Positions 1-9,862 of a stretch of 64,000 bases of DNA are shown here, piece after piece. Origin of the DNA: a virus; the UHGV virus genome UHGV-1364441; one strand, given 5' to 3'. The translations under genes and the position numbers were made by a program. The notes beneath the pieces were generated by a model. It ran no database searches, was not told the origin of the DNA, and saw only the letters and a list, made by a program, of their open reading frames with translations. The stretch's first letter is position 1. Each line of letters starts with the position of its first letter.

Positions 1-1493
1 GTACTCAACAGGGGGATCTTTTCACCGCTGGTACCGAGTTCTCTTAAACCAAGGTATTGGATAACAGCAAGAACGCTTGTTTTGGCCAGAATATCGCGAC
101 CGACTGACGTTAAGTCAGTCTGAGAAACAGTGTCTGTACCGGTAAAGTACGGCAATTTATTTGCGCCTGTCGCAAGACCAGCAAGCGCGGTTAAAGTTGC
201 ATCAAGTGGCTGTTTCCCTGCCAGCGCATTTGTCATTGTTGTCGCAAAGTTCGGGTCATTGCCCAGTGCTGCTGCAAGCTCATTCAGGGTATCAAGAGCT
301 TCTGGTGATGAACCAACCAATGCGGATATGGCAGCTCTTACATAAGCGGTCGTAGCAATCTGCGTGTTATTCGTACCCTGTGCAGCGGTAGGCGCAGTAG
401 GTATTCCCGTTAATGCAGGACTTGCCAAAGGCGCTTTGAGAGCCAGGGAATTGTTGATAGTTGTGCTGAAATTCGGGTCGTTATTGATCGCAGCCGCTAT
501 TTCTTTCAGCGTATCCAGTGTGCCAGGTGCGCCGTTGATAAGTGCCGTTATAGCTGCCTTAACAAAGGCTGTATTTGCAATCTGCGTGCTATTTGTGCCT
601 TGTGAGGCCGTAGGTGCTGTCGGCGTACCTGTGAACGCCGGGCTTGCCAAAGGCGCTTTGAGAGCCAGGGAATTGTTGATAGTTGTGCTGAAATTCGGGT
701 CGTTATTGATCGCAGCCGCTATTTCTTTCAGCGTATCCAGTGTGCCAGGTGCGCCGTTGATAAGTGCCGTTATAGCTGCCTTAACAAAGGCCGCATTTGC
801 GATCTGTGTGTTGTTTGTACCGGGTTCAGGTGTCGGCGAAGTCGGCGTACCTGATAGATGTGGACTATCGAGCGGAGCTTTTGTATCAACCAAATCATGG
901 AGAGTTTTGACAGCCAGAGGTGTAGCCGCTTTTCTTTCTTCTGTACTGCTTATTTCATTAGAGAATTCGACACCAACAGCACGGTTAACCCGGTATTTAA
1001 GCACAATCATTTCTTTCGTCACAGCCGTTGCGCCGTTAGGCACGATAACTCGACATAATTCAATTTGATTCTGCCCAATAGTATTGTCCGTACGCGCGTA
1101 AATTCTTGCAGCACTGACAGAAGATGCGCTCTCTACCTGTGTCGTTTTTACACCATGTTCAAAATTGGCTTCTAGCACAATAATGTTGGTAGCCCCAGCC
1201 TTTACCGAGACAGTCACATCTTCTATTTGCTGAACGGATATCTGAACATTATTTACATCTACTGAAGCAGCCCCTTTACCTTCTGAGTTTTCAGAAGTTA
1301 TACGGACGCTCAACCCTGTGCCGGGAACTGGTTCAAATCCACAGTAAAAGCCCGGCAAAACAATATTTTTAAGTTTTCTGTTAAGAGCCGAACTACTATA
1401 GAGTTCGAAATATTGAACATCAGCAAGCAACGGCTGTGAGACACCAGAGGATAGTGTCATTATGTTGTTCGTTTTATCAGCACCCATAATCAT
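1..1493 (-). CDS. tail fibre protein, N-terminal ~497 aa (partial; continues past window start)
   Basis: Minus-strand frame open from ATG at 1493 (ATGA overlap with stop of upstream gene) to the window edge; absent from ORF track because truncated. Hand translation gives MIMGADKTNN... then 74-aa tandem units (NTQIANxAFVKAAITALINGAPGTLDTLKEIAAAINNDPNFSTT) and LDTLNELAAALGNDPNFATTMTNALAGKQP, which I recognise as the conserved block of enterobacterial side tail fibre (Stf / P1 S-like) proteins. Confidence 0.8.
   Translation of the reverse strand, partial: MIMGADKTNNIMTLSSGVSQPLLADVQYFELYSSSALNRKLKNIVLPGFYCGFEPVPGTGLSVRITSENSEGKGAASVDVNNVQISVQQIEDVTVSVKAGATNIIVLEANFEHGVKTTQVESASSVSAARIYARTDNTIGQNQIELCRVIVPNGATAVTKEMIVLKYRVNRAVGVEFSNEISSTEERKAATPLAVKTLHDLVDTKAPLDSPHLSGTPTSPTPEPGTNNTQIANAAFVKAAITALINGAPGTLDTLKEIAAAINNDPNFSTTINNSLALKAPLASPAFTGTPTAPTASQGTNSTQIANTAFVKAAITALINGAPGTLDTLKEIAAAINNDPNFSTTINNSLALKAPLASPALTGIPTAPTAAQGTNNTQIATTAYVRAAISALVGSSPEALDTLNELAAALGNDPNFATTMTNALAGKQPLDATLTALAGLATGANKLPYFTGTDTVSQTDLTSVGRDILAKTSVLAVIQYLGLRELGTSGEKIPLLS
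139..857. repeat. tandem ~222-bp direct repeats (three copies plus a partial), two nearly identical, inside the tail fibre gene
   Basis: Copies starting near 361 and 583 share ~150 bp of identical sequence (ggcttgccaaaggcgctttgagagccagggaattgttgatag...); a diverged copy lies at 139-360. Confidence 0.85.
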
Positions 1494-1936
1494 CCCTCAA
1501 CTTGCTCGATTGTCATGAGAATACTGTAACGTTTACCTTTATAGAGGGTGTCTTGCTGGGTGCAAAGCACAGCAAAAGCCTGTTCCTCAGCATCAACAAG
1601 CACAAGCGTGTTAAAGTCGTAAGGCGTGTTATCCGGCATTCTTTCTTGAGGGAAGGCTGCATTGATAGTGATAATCCCATCCACACTGGACAATATCAGA
1701 TCGGACACAGCAAACTGTTGAGCGTTACTCAATTTAAAATCGAGTGGAATGTCCGCTATATTCCAGCCTCCTGCACCATTAGCAGTTACCAGACTAGATT
1801 TGCACCAATACGCCTTAGAGATAACAAAACGCGCACCTTTGCCGATCGCCGACTCAGCGCGGCGTGAATAATAGTAGGAAAGCAATTGCGCCTTATACAG
1901 GCGGTTACCATCTCTTGCCTTTAAATTTTCAGCCAT
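1490..1936 (-). CDS. hypothetical protein in tail fibre/baseplate module
   Basis: 148-aa ORF translationally coupled to tail fibre start; position corresponds to a tail-fibre-adjacent gene (P1 R-like position); no motif recognised. Confidence 0.5.
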   Translation of the reverse strand: MAENLKARDGNRLYKAQLLSYYYSRRAESAIGKGARFVISKAYWCKSSLVTANGAGGWNIADIPLDFKLSNAQQFAVSDLILSSVDGIITINAAFPQERMPDNTPYDFNTLVLVDAEEQAFAVLCTQQDTLYKGKRYSILMTIEQVEG

Positions 1937-2001
1937 ACGAACATAGCCCCTTCATAAGCAATGAACCAAAGGAGAGTATGCTCAGTTTGTGATTTCCGTT
2001 G

Positions 2002-2027
2002 TTCTTCCCCCGCATTTGGGGGAAGAA
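2002..2027. other. perfect 10-bp stem-loop (ttcttccccc-gcattt-gggggaagaa) directly after stop of 2031..2876
   Basis: Inverted repeat read in sequence; no clear U-run on the coding (minus) strand, so may be a processing or attenuation hairpin rather than a terminator. Confidence 0.4.
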
Positions 2028-2030
2028 TTA

Positions 2031-2876
2031 TTAAACAGGTTGAAGGTGGTAATCCAAAGGCCACGCATCGAGTGGGGTTACATCAAGATGTAATTGCTTT
2101 TCTGCCGTTCTGTTCGGTATGGCGTTAAGAGAAATATTGTTTACCTGGCAGGAGGTATCACTACGGGATAGCATATCAGCCATACTCTCAGTAACATAAA
2201 CACCTTCAATTACCGAAACATCCGTAGACAGGCAATTTAGTATTTCTGCCACTTCAGGGAATACAGCACTAAGCCGAAACGAGACGCCATCAAAAACAAT
2301 ATGCAATGGCAACAAAGGGGCTATTACTGTTTCGAAGTCAGATAACAATTTCTGCACAGCGGCTTCTTTATCCTGCTCTCCATATGAGCGATATAGCTTG
2401 TTCTGATCAACAACGACCAGCCCCCTTGATGTCAGGAAGAACTCACCGAATTGAGCCTGTGCCGTAGGTATTTCTATTTCTGTCGCAAAATATGAACCAT
2501 AGGGGTGTTTTTCTATATTTACAGGTGCATATAGCGGTTCCCAACTAACAGGAATACAACCGAATTCACGCCAGAATGTCTGCTCAATAGGCAAGATAGT
2601 GCCTTTAAAGTGCACTTCATCTAATCGTTGCGCCAGCAGCATTGGCCTACGGGCCTTATCTTTTTCAGTGATAACGAAAAAACGCCCGTATTCAGCAATG
2701 CGGGCATCCATATCCTCACTGTCCATAGTGAAGAAGGATTTTCTGTTACTTATTCTTGTTAATATTGGTTCTACTGCCTCATTCCAGACATCTTGCAAAG
2801 CGTCTATAAAGGCACTCCAGAGATGGGAATCCTGTTTTACTTTAGTTAATCGTTCCTTAAGCCAATTATCTTTCAT
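2031..2876 (-). CDS. putative baseplate protein
   Basis: 281-aa ORF in the colinear minus-strand baseplate cluster between J-like gene and tail fibre; assignment by position only. Confidence 0.45.
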   Translation of the reverse strand: MKDNWLKERLTKVKQDSHLWSAFIDALQDVWNEAVEPILTRISNRKSFFTMDSEDMDARIAEYGRFFVITEKDKARRPMLLAQRLDEVHFKGTILPIEQTFWREFGCIPVSWEPLYAPVNIEKHPYGSYFATEIEIPTAQAQFGEFFLTSRGLVVVDQNKLYRSYGEQDKEAAVQKLLSDFETVIAPLLPLHIVFDGVSFRLSAVFPEVAEILNCLSTDVSVIEGVYVTESMADMLSRSDTSCQVNNISLNAIPNRTAEKQLHLDVTPLDAWPLDYHLQPV

Positions 2877-2886
2877 GCTAACCTCA

Positions 2887-4317
2887 TTACGGGTAAGAAA
2901 TGCTGAACGTTGAAGATTTCACGTCAAGATAAATGAAGTCATTAAAGTAAACAGCATCTTTCATATTTTGTATTGTTATGTCGTAAGACAGAAACATATC
3001 CAGAGACTCTATTACTCGCCAAATATCTTTAACTTTTACCTGTGCATAACATTGCTGGGAATCATCATCACTCTGTAGTAATAAACTGAATGATGACGAA
3101 TCACGGCCAAAATTATCTTCCAACGCTGCTTTAATAGCATTTTGAGCATCGTCTATCAGAACATTTTTACGTGCAATACCTATAAAATTTATAGTAAATG
3201 GCTGTTCATTTGTATCTACATACTCGAACCGCTTGTTCAACTCATTTGGAACATTCTCTAGAGCTTTCAGTATTTCTGATTTTAGCTGAGCCTGGCTTAC
3301 ACCCGGCTTATGTCCGCAAAAGAAAATTTTGTTGATGTTTCGAACGTCAAACCCAGTTATTTTCTCTTGTAACGCTTCGCCCCAAACGTTCAACCATGAA
3401 GTTCCATGAACAACATTCTGAATGAATTGGCGATAATCACCGCCCCATACCACTTGTTCATCGTATGCAACATAATACTGAGCACGATTTCGAGTTTCTT
3501 CTGTAGTTTCCATACCACTACCACCGGTAATGATCGAATCAGTTTTAAACTCAAGTGACTCCACATATTGAGCGATATTTCCAGCCGGTTCTAACTTTTG
3601 TCCTTCAGCCAAAGTATAGTCGCCAAGGCTAGCCATAACATCGATTCGAACCTGACAGCCTGCTGGAGGCATCATACCCATAGAACCATCACCAAACTTG
3701 ACTCCAAGTTGTTCTGTAGGTTTATATGCCAATGAATAGTGCTTACTCTTGTCTCTGGACATTCTAAATAATGGGTTATATGTCCATTTTTCTTCTACGC
3801 CATCTGTAATAACATAAACATCCAGGCTAGAGACTTCTTTTGTTAACTCTCTGGAAAGCAACAATGTCAGAAATAAAGTTTCCTTCTCAATATCAAATGT
3901 AACGCTAACAGCTTCATGCTGTTTAGTTTCTACGCCAGAAACTGTTCCTCCAGCAGGAATTACAACACTGTTAATAATTGCCAAAGGTGTTTGGTCATTG
4001 GCAAGCAATTCAGCCCCGGCTGGTAATGTAATATCCCGATCAGTTTTATTGGTTATAGACGTTGTTCCGTATGAAGCACTAACAAATCGCCCTACGTAGC
4101 TACGATCTTCAGCAACCGCTAAAATACTTGAGCGGCGCGTAGCCGTTGAAATAAGTCCCTCAGTGAGGCCGCGGCTTGCAAATGTACGGGCAATATAAAT
4201 AAGCTGTGATCCGAATATAGCGTGCATCTGCACAAACTGACTATTTACAAATCGTGACCACCATGTGTTTTCATTTAACTTAGCGTTAAATTTGTCCAGT
4301 AATTCTGTAATCGTCAC
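2887..4317 (-). CDS. putative baseplate J-like protein
   Basis: 476-aa ORF, size and position typical of baseplate J/gp47-like wedge protein in W-J-I-fibre order; 4-bp overlap with upstream gene. Confidence 0.5.
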   Translation of the reverse strand: MTITELLDKFNAKLNENTWWSRFVNSQFVQMHAIFGSQLIYIARTFASRGLTEGLISTATRRSSILAVAEDRSYVGRFVSASYGTTSITNKTDRDITLPAGAELLANDQTPLAIINSVVIPAGGTVSGVETKQHEAVSVTFDIEKETLFLTLLLSRELTKEVSSLDVYVITDGVEEKWTYNPLFRMSRDKSKHYSLAYKPTEQLGVKFGDGSMGMMPPAGCQVRIDVMASLGDYTLAEGQKLEPAGNIAQYVESLEFKTDSIITGGSGMETTEETRNRAQYYVAYDEQVVWGGDYRQFIQNVVHGTSWLNVWGEALQEKITGFDVRNINKIFFCGHKPGVSQAQLKSEILKALENVPNELNKRFEYVDTNEQPFTINFIGIARKNVLIDDAQNAIKAALEDNFGRDSSSFSLLLQSDDDSQQCYAQVKVKDIWRVIESLDMFLSYDITIQNMKDAVYFNDFIYLDVKSSTFSISYP

Positions 4318-4688
4318 GCGCCCACCCCACTTGATTTCTGCATAACAATATCCATGCTCCCACCTTTCGCATAAAAACTAATTAATAAAGAATCTTCAGA
4401 AATTGATGTGCAACGAATCCCCTGCACATCCAAACCTGGCAAGTCTTGCCGTAGTTTTTTCATCATTCTCCCTTCAATAGCCACTTCAACTATGTGCGAA
4501 GTTTCAGAGCCGAATGGTTCATGCTTAAATTCTTCCATTGGATTCCCCCAAGAGGGTAAACCATAAACACTCCCTTCAGGGGTTCGTAACCACTCGTCAA
4601 GTCGGGCCATCCATGCTGCGGTACTTCCTTCTGCAATAATGACACCGCTCTCATTCGTTTGAAGTCTTGCGTCTATTTCATAAAGCAT
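4314..4688 (-). CDS. putative baseplate W / gp25-like protein
   Basis: 124-aa ORF immediately upstream of J-like gene; size and order consistent with gpW/gp25 family. Confidence 0.45.
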   Translation of the reverse strand: MLYEIDARLQTNESGVIIAEGSTAAWMARLDEWLRTPEGSVYGLPSWGNPMEEFKHEPFGSETSHIVEVAIEGRMMKKLRQDLPGLDVQGIRCTSISEDSLLISFYAKGGSMDIVMQKSSGVGA

Positions 4689-4693
4689 CTGTA

Positions 4694-7600
4694 TTAATCC
4701 TCAAGCAGAGCATCCAGCGACGGGTCATTAATAGTTGTGCTAGCACGTGGTCGCGGTTGCGGCTGCGATGTTTTGACAACCTTATCCGGATCGCCTTTTG
4801 TATTGTTCTTGTTCACATTCAGAAGATCGTTCAGGATAGAGCAGATGTTATCCAGCGCCTTCAACATAGCAGGATCGTTATTTATAGTGTCAGTAGTTAA
4901 TGGTTGTCTTATTCCGCTTCGTGCGAGATCTGTTACAGTAGGAAGCTGTGGTGGCATAGCAAGAAAAGGTTCTTGCACAGCTGAAGCAGAGCCAAATATG
5001 GCGTTATTGGCACCAGTTGCTATTCCCCTAATGCTATTAGCGGTTTGTTGAATCCCCCCATTCAGCCAGTCTCCAACATTTCTTGTTAATGGGCTAATAG
5101 CTCGCGCAATCGCACTATTCTGTCCAGTAGACTGCATTACAAGATCGTTCAATATCCCTGTACTATCAATCCCCCCAACAAGTCGTGAAAGGTTATCGCC
5201 AACGGCAGGAATTACTGCGGTTCCTGTCTGTTTAAGCCCTGACACCGTGGAATCAAATAGCGAACCAAAGAAGCTCTTATCCTCACCTGTAACCACCTTG
5301 TAGCCGTTGTCATAAATCTGCACATCACTTGGTGCCGTGATAGTTCGTTTTCCAGAGGTAACTACTGGCGCAGCTCCCGCCATAGCCTGGTTGATTGCTA
5401 GAGCCTGCTCCTGCTGTGGAGTTTTCGGTGCTGGCGCTGCAGACGAAAAGCCCTCCATAGCCTGGCTGATTGCCAGAGCCTGCTCCTGCTGTGGAGTTTT
5501 CGGAGTAGAAGGGGATACTTGATCTCCCGGAAGTAGATCAATGATTTCTGTATCGTGATTAACAGTGCGTTTTTGTTGTATGGCTGTTGCGATATCAGCC
5601 ACTTGAGAAGCTTTTTTAAATCCAAAAGATTTACCGGTTAAGCCGGATATCTTTTCAGTAAGAGCCTGATCCATTCCTTTCGCTTTTTCGGAAAGCGAAG
5701 ATATAGAACCAAACGAAGTAGCTAACGCAAAATCCTTTCCCAGGTCCAGACTTGTTCCAGCAAGGCTGGTAGCCGCGCCGCCAAATAAATTACTTGCACC
5801 ACTGATTCCGCTTTCATTTATTGTGATTAACCGCTCAAGCAAACTCGATGGAAAGCCGGTATTAACATCAGCGTTCTCTGGATTAATCGGTTGTGGTTGG
5901 TTACCTGTTTTTTGTGGCTTTTTGGCGGCCTGGGCATGTTGTGCAACTTCAATTGGCTTAGGTGTTGCTGTTGGAACTGCATTCAATACAGGTTGTGCTG
6001 GAGATGTACCATCAGCATATTTCACCTTGCGACCAACGCTATATTGCGAATCACGAGCAATTAGTTGACCACCATTCTCTTGCTGAATTTTATTAAGCCG
6101 CGCCAATGTTTCATCGGAGAACCGCCCTTCCCAACGACCAGTATTTGCGTTGAATGCCCCAAGAGCATTCTTTATGAACTCATTGTTAACCGCCGGGTTT
6201 CCACCTTCTTTCGTCGCTATTGCACGAACTAATTGCGTCATAACCTCTGGGTTGCTGACGTCTATTTTTTCATTAGGCGAGACGCCAAGATATTTACTGA
6301 CGTTATCAATATATTGATTGGTATTGTTCTCATTTGGCGGCGCCCATTTGGAAATGATGCTTGATACCGTCTGTAACTTCTGATGTCCTGCTGCGGCACT
6401 GGTGCCGTTGTAATAGCTTGACACTTGGTTTGCCAACGCCCTGATCCCTTCTTCAGGTGTGTTAAATCGCGCAAAACGTTGTTCACCTTTTGCATTTGGC
6501 GATTCCAGCGTCGCCCCTTCCTGGTTGGCAAAAACAAGATTGCCGAGATTATTATTTCGGTAATTGCGGTTTTTAGCGTTGCTGCCGCCAATATTCAGAT
6601 CCGCTGCAATGGTGTTGTTGGCAGGTGCACTAAATTCTGTTGGAGAAGTATACCCGTGCTCACCAACTCCATCCTCGCCATTACGCCCACCTTGTAATTG
6701 TTCACCAAGAGAATGAATCGCATCGACAGTTTTTTTTGTGCCGTCTTCAACAGCTTTTTTTACTTGTTTCGTGTTTTCGTCAGTGGATAAAAATGTATCC
6801 TTAAGGTTACCAAAAACAGATTTGGTGATATCTACCGCGCCGTTAACACCACGAGCAATATCTCCGGTATCAAAATTCTGAAGTTTTTCACCTGCTCTTT
6901 CAAATCCTAGCGCAGAAATTCCTTTCCCTATCAAGTTCGTTGCGCCCGACACCAAGCCCCCCATATCGAGCACATTAGCTGTTGCGTAAGCCGTTTTTTG
7001 CTGTTCGGATACAGCATCATCGTCACTTAATCCAAAGGCTGCCTTTTGCGCATCTGTATCAGTGTAACCATCTATAGCGTCATATCCCGCCATAGCCAGC
7101 GATCCGATGATCGGGATAGCTCTTGCAGCTGTAGAAGCAGCTGATTTAACACCTATTTTTGCAGCACTTTTGAGGGCTACGGATTCGGTTTTTTTCTTTG
7201 CAACAGTTTCACCTGTTTTAATTGTGGCCTCTTCGGCAACAACACCTGCTGGCTTAACTGCCTTTGCTGTGTTTTTTGTTTCTTTAGCAATACCCTTAGA
7301 TGCGTCGCTTGTGGTGCTGATGTCTTTGGCTTTACTAACCTTTGTTTTAACAGTCTTTGCAGCTCCGGCACCAGCTCCAGCAGCAGCGGTTCCGGCAGCG
7401 GCTTTTTCACCAACAGAAAGGGCTTTTTTCCCCAGATTGCGACCTTTCCTTTTCGGTTTGTTCCGTTTATTTTTACCAGCCTGATCGCCAATATTGATTT
7501 TATTTCTTCTGCTTGCTCGATTTCTCCAGAGATCACTTAAGCCGAACTTATTCCCAGAAGATACTGATTTGCGTAGCTTAACTACTTCGTCGGAGACATT

Positions 7601-8638
7601 TTCCAGACCATCAATTATTTTGTTGTCATTGGTCTGAAGAATTTTTGTTTGCTCTTCTACTGCTTGTGCTGATTTTGTCTCAACAGCATTATTAAATGCT
7701 GTTGCAGAGGTTGCTTTTTGAGTATTCACCACCGCCGGATAAGTGATAGCTGGTGATGTCGCTTTCGAAGATAAAGCCTCACCTTTCCCCTTTTCTACCC
7801 ATTCTTTAAGAGATTCTGCTTTACCTGTGATCTCTTTAGTAATGTCGTACATGCCGCGAGCAGCCATCCACAACGGACCACCAGCGCCGACACCTGCGGC
7901 ATCTGTTAAAGACTCTTCACTGGAAGACTGATTGCCATCTACCCCTATAATGGAGCCTAATTTCCGGAGGAAGCCTTCTTGTAGTTTGGCGTCGGCCTTA
8001 CGTGCGTTCTGCCATTCTTTTTTTCTGGCTATATCTTCGTTGTTTTTCTGGGATACAAAGCGTCCATTACTATCCCGAAGCGGTCCTTTTTGGCTTTGGG
8101 GGGATTGTGGTTCAAGAGGAGCAGAATTAGCGGCTACTGGCACAGAACCTTTCAACTTTTGGGCGGACTGGCGTGATGACGCAAAATGAACGCGCTCTGA
8201 TGTGTTGGTTGCAACAATGAGACGTTCTTCTCCGTTGTTGACCTGCGTCCTCCCTTTTTTCATCGGAAGGCGTTTTATATATGGGTTAGCTTGGGTATTC
8301 TTGGCATCACCAGAGACATAGGGTTCGCTTGCTATGCGTCTACGGGATAGTCTTTGACTTACTTTACCTTGATTTTCACCAAGTTGAGTTATAGACCCTC
8401 TATCAGAGAGAATGGCGTTTTTGATCTCAGCAAGAGCCTTAAGTTCGTTTGTGCTCGCCCCCTGTATAGCGTCAATTATTGCGATACGGTCTTTATTCTC
8501 TTTCAAAATAACCTCTCTTTTGCCAGCGCGATCAACGTTTCCCGGCTTGAGCTTTGTATTTTTCTTCCAGGGCTTTTGACATATGGAGTGCTCGCCATTG
8601 CGGTAATTGTTCAACGTCGCTAACGGGCTGATATCCAT
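4694..8638 (-). CDS. large tail protein (tape-measure / P1 Sit-like by size and position)
   Basis: 1314-aa ORF, Ala/Gly/Lys-rich with internal duplicated segment (QALAISQAMEGF...QALAINQAMAGA), upstream of baseplate genes; I could not confirm a lytic transglycosylase motif. Confidence 0.55.
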   Translation of the reverse strand: MDISPLATLNNYRNGEHSICQKPWKKNTKLKPGNVDRAGKREVILKENKDRIAIIDAIQGASTNELKALAEIKNAILSDRGSITQLGENQGKVSQRLSRRRIASEPYVSGDAKNTQANPYIKRLPMKKGRTQVNNGEERLIVATNTSERVHFASSRQSAQKLKGSVPVAANSAPLEPQSPQSQKGPLRDSNGRFVSQKNNEDIARKKEWQNARKADAKLQEGFLRKLGSIIGVDGNQSSSEESLTDAAGVGAGGPLWMAARGMYDITKEITGKAESLKEWVEKGKGEALSSKATSPAITYPAVVNTQKATSATAFNNAVETKSAQAVEEQTKILQTNDNKIIDGLENVSDEVVKLRKSVSSGNKFGLSDLWRNRASRRNKINIGDQAGKNKRNKPKRKGRNLGKKALSVGEKAAAGTAAAGAGAGAAKTVKTKVSKAKDISTTSDASKGIAKETKNTAKAVKPAGVVAEEATIKTGETVAKKKTESVALKSAAKIGVKSAASTAARAIPIIGSLAMAGYDAIDGYTDTDAQKAAFGLSDDDAVSEQQKTAYATANVLDMGGLVSGATNLIGKGISALGFERAGEKLQNFDTGDIARGVNGAVDITKSVFGNLKDTFLSTDENTKQVKKAVEDGTKKTVDAIHSLGEQLQGGRNGEDGVGEHGYTSPTEFSAPANNTIAADLNIGGSNAKNRNYRNNNLGNLVFANQEGATLESPNAKGEQRFARFNTPEEGIRALANQVSSYYNGTSAAAGHQKLQTVSSIISKWAPPNENNTNQYIDNVSKYLGVSPNEKIDVSNPEVMTQLVRAIATKEGGNPAVNNEFIKNALGAFNANTGRWEGRFSDETLARLNKIQQENGGQLIARDSQYSVGRKVKYADGTSPAQPVLNAVPTATPKPIEVAQHAQAAKKPQKTGNQPQPINPENADVNTGFPSSLLERLITINESGISGASNLFGGAATSLAGTSLDLGKDFALATSFGSISSLSEKAKGMDQALTEKISGLTGKSFGFKKASQVADIATAIQQKRTVNHDTEIIDLLPGDQVSPSTPKTPQQEQALAISQAMEGFSSAAPAPKTPQQEQALAINQAMAGAAPVVTSGKRTITAPSDVQIYDNGYKVVTGEDKSFFGSLFDSTVSGLKQTGTAVIPAVGDNLSRLVGGIDSTGILNDLVMQSTGQNSAIARAISPLTRNVGDWLNGGIQQTANSIRGIATGANNAIFGSASAVQEPFLAMPPQLPTVTDLARSGIRQPLTTDTINNDPAMLKALDNICSILNDLLNVNKNNTKGDPDKVVKTSQPQPRPRASTTINDPSLDALLED

Positions 8639-8652
8639 ATAGAGTCAGGTTG

Positions 8653-9474
8653 TTAATAATGGTTAGCCATCCATTCAGATCTAATTGATGGGATAAACTC
8701 TCTATTGAGAAAGGGGACGTACAGTGTGGTTGTCACATCTGCACCCTCCTTAGCGTTTTTGCAATGTTGCGGAGGCAGGATCAGTCGGCTTGTGCCTCTC
8801 TCAATAGACATTTTCAGGCCGTGGCGTAGGTCTTTTTGCATAAGCTGTATGCGAGCCACAAGCGGAGTAAATTCGGTTTCAAGCGCCATGCTTTCAATGA
8901 TGTCAAAGCGTCGGTTAGCGGCCTGCGTGAAGTCCTCCGGATCGTCTTCAAGCGCCGTGCATAAAGCGAGTTCAGCAATTCGCATCCGTGCCACGCCAGC
9001 ACTGTATTCGGGGCTTTTCATATCAGGAAGTGACGCTCGCATTCGTTCAAGGAGTTCCGCGCCTTTCCCGGTTAATGGTTTAAGTATCCAGTCAGTTGGT
9101 ACTCCATTTACTGGTACGTTGGTTTTCACGTAAGGAGGTACAGTGAGTATTTCTACTGTTTGGGCCAGGTCGCTCAGGTTAATATCTGCATGATGCGTAT
9201 TACCGCAGTGACTGCACTCATAGGAGTAGGTCATTACTGCATCGGGGCGCGAATTAACAAATATCCACCAAAGAGCAGTTCTGCGATCCTGAACTGTCCA
9301 GTTAGCACTGTCGTTAATTTCACCATCCTGCATAGAGTTAAGGTACTCTGTAGTAGTAGCCTCATCTTCTGCCGGGTTCAGGTCAGAATATTTCAGCGCA
9401 TCCTTCACGGTAGGTGCGTGGAACTGAATTTCTGTCTCAGGACGGGAAGGCAATGGGAATTTTGGAATGTTCAA
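8653..9474 (-). CDS. hypothetical tail-associated protein
   Basis: 273-aa ORF heading the minus-strand tail operon; contains CSHCGNTHH Cys/His cluster. Confidence 0.45.
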   Translation of the reverse strand: MNIPKFPLPSRPETEIQFHAPTVKDALKYSDLNPAEDEATTTEYLNSMQDGEINDSANWTVQDRRTALWWIFVNSRPDAVMTYSYECSHCGNTHHADINLSDLAQTVEILTVPPYVKTNVPVNGVPTDWILKPLTGKGAELLERMRASLPDMKSPEYSAGVARMRIAELALCTALEDDPEDFTQAANRRFDIIESMALETEFTPLVARIQLMQKDLRHGLKMSIERGTSRLILPPQHCKNAKEGADVTTTLYVPFLNREFIPSIRSEWMANHY

Positions 9475-9569
9475 TTATTCCTCCGAAAAGCAGGTATCTG
9501 TTCATTTTCCAGAGGATAGGGAGTGTGTGATTTGCGATGGGGATTGAATGAAGATCTTTGCCGGTCGAG

Positions 9570-9839
9570 AAGCGATTATTGAGGGTGATTTTTACACCTT
9601 AAGTGACGCTACTCACATATCCACAGAGTATTTTTATAAACCTTTTTCCATTTTTAATCCTTTTTAGATCCTTTTTAGGCGTCGCTGGAGCCAGTAGTGG
9701 CGCGGGCTGTAGAGGAGGCTGGTGTAAGATTTGCCCTCAATTAAATACGATCGGTGTAAGATTTGCCCTCAAAAGGTGTAAGATTTGCCCTCAAAAGGTG
9801 TAGTAATTGCCCTCAAAGTGATGTAAAAATTGCCCTCAC
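9570..9839. repeat. iteron array upstream of rep gene (one inverted copy at 9570-9589, five direct ~20-bp copies at 9721-9839)
   Basis: ggtgtaagatttgccctcaa x3, ggtgtagtaattgccctcaa, gatgtaaaaattgccctcac; shares the ATTTGCCCTCA core I recall from F plasmid ori2 iterons. Confidence 0.8.
9611..9700. promoter_or_regulatory. origin-proximal AT-rich region with DnaA-box-like sequence (ATATCCACAG)
   Basis: catatccacagagtatttttataaacctttttccatttttaatcc; lies between an inverted iteron copy and the direct iteron array. Confidence 0.4.
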
Positions 9840-9862
9840 CATTTGAAGGATCACACAGGGTT

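Noticed and set aside
130-1068. Plus-strand ORFs 130..345, 161..355, 364..1068 and 858..1058
   Set aside because: They run antisense to the tail fibre gene and owe their length to the tandem repeats; translations are low-complexity, while the minus-strand frame gives a recognisable fibre protein
4737-8623. Multiple plus-strand ORFs inside the 1314-aa tail protein gene (e.g. 7107..7484, 7932..8189)
   Set aside because: Nested antisense ORFs in a long Ala/Gly-rich gene; biased composition, no start context
4694-8638. Calling the large tail protein a lytic transglycosylase (P1 Sit)
   Set aside because: I could not find the transglycosylase catalytic motif by eye, so only size and position support a Sit-like role; left as large tail/tape-measure-like protein
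9160-9803. ORFs 9160..9519 and 9603..9803 as genes
   Set aside because: They overlap the tail operon start and the iteron/origin region; translations reflect iteron repeats
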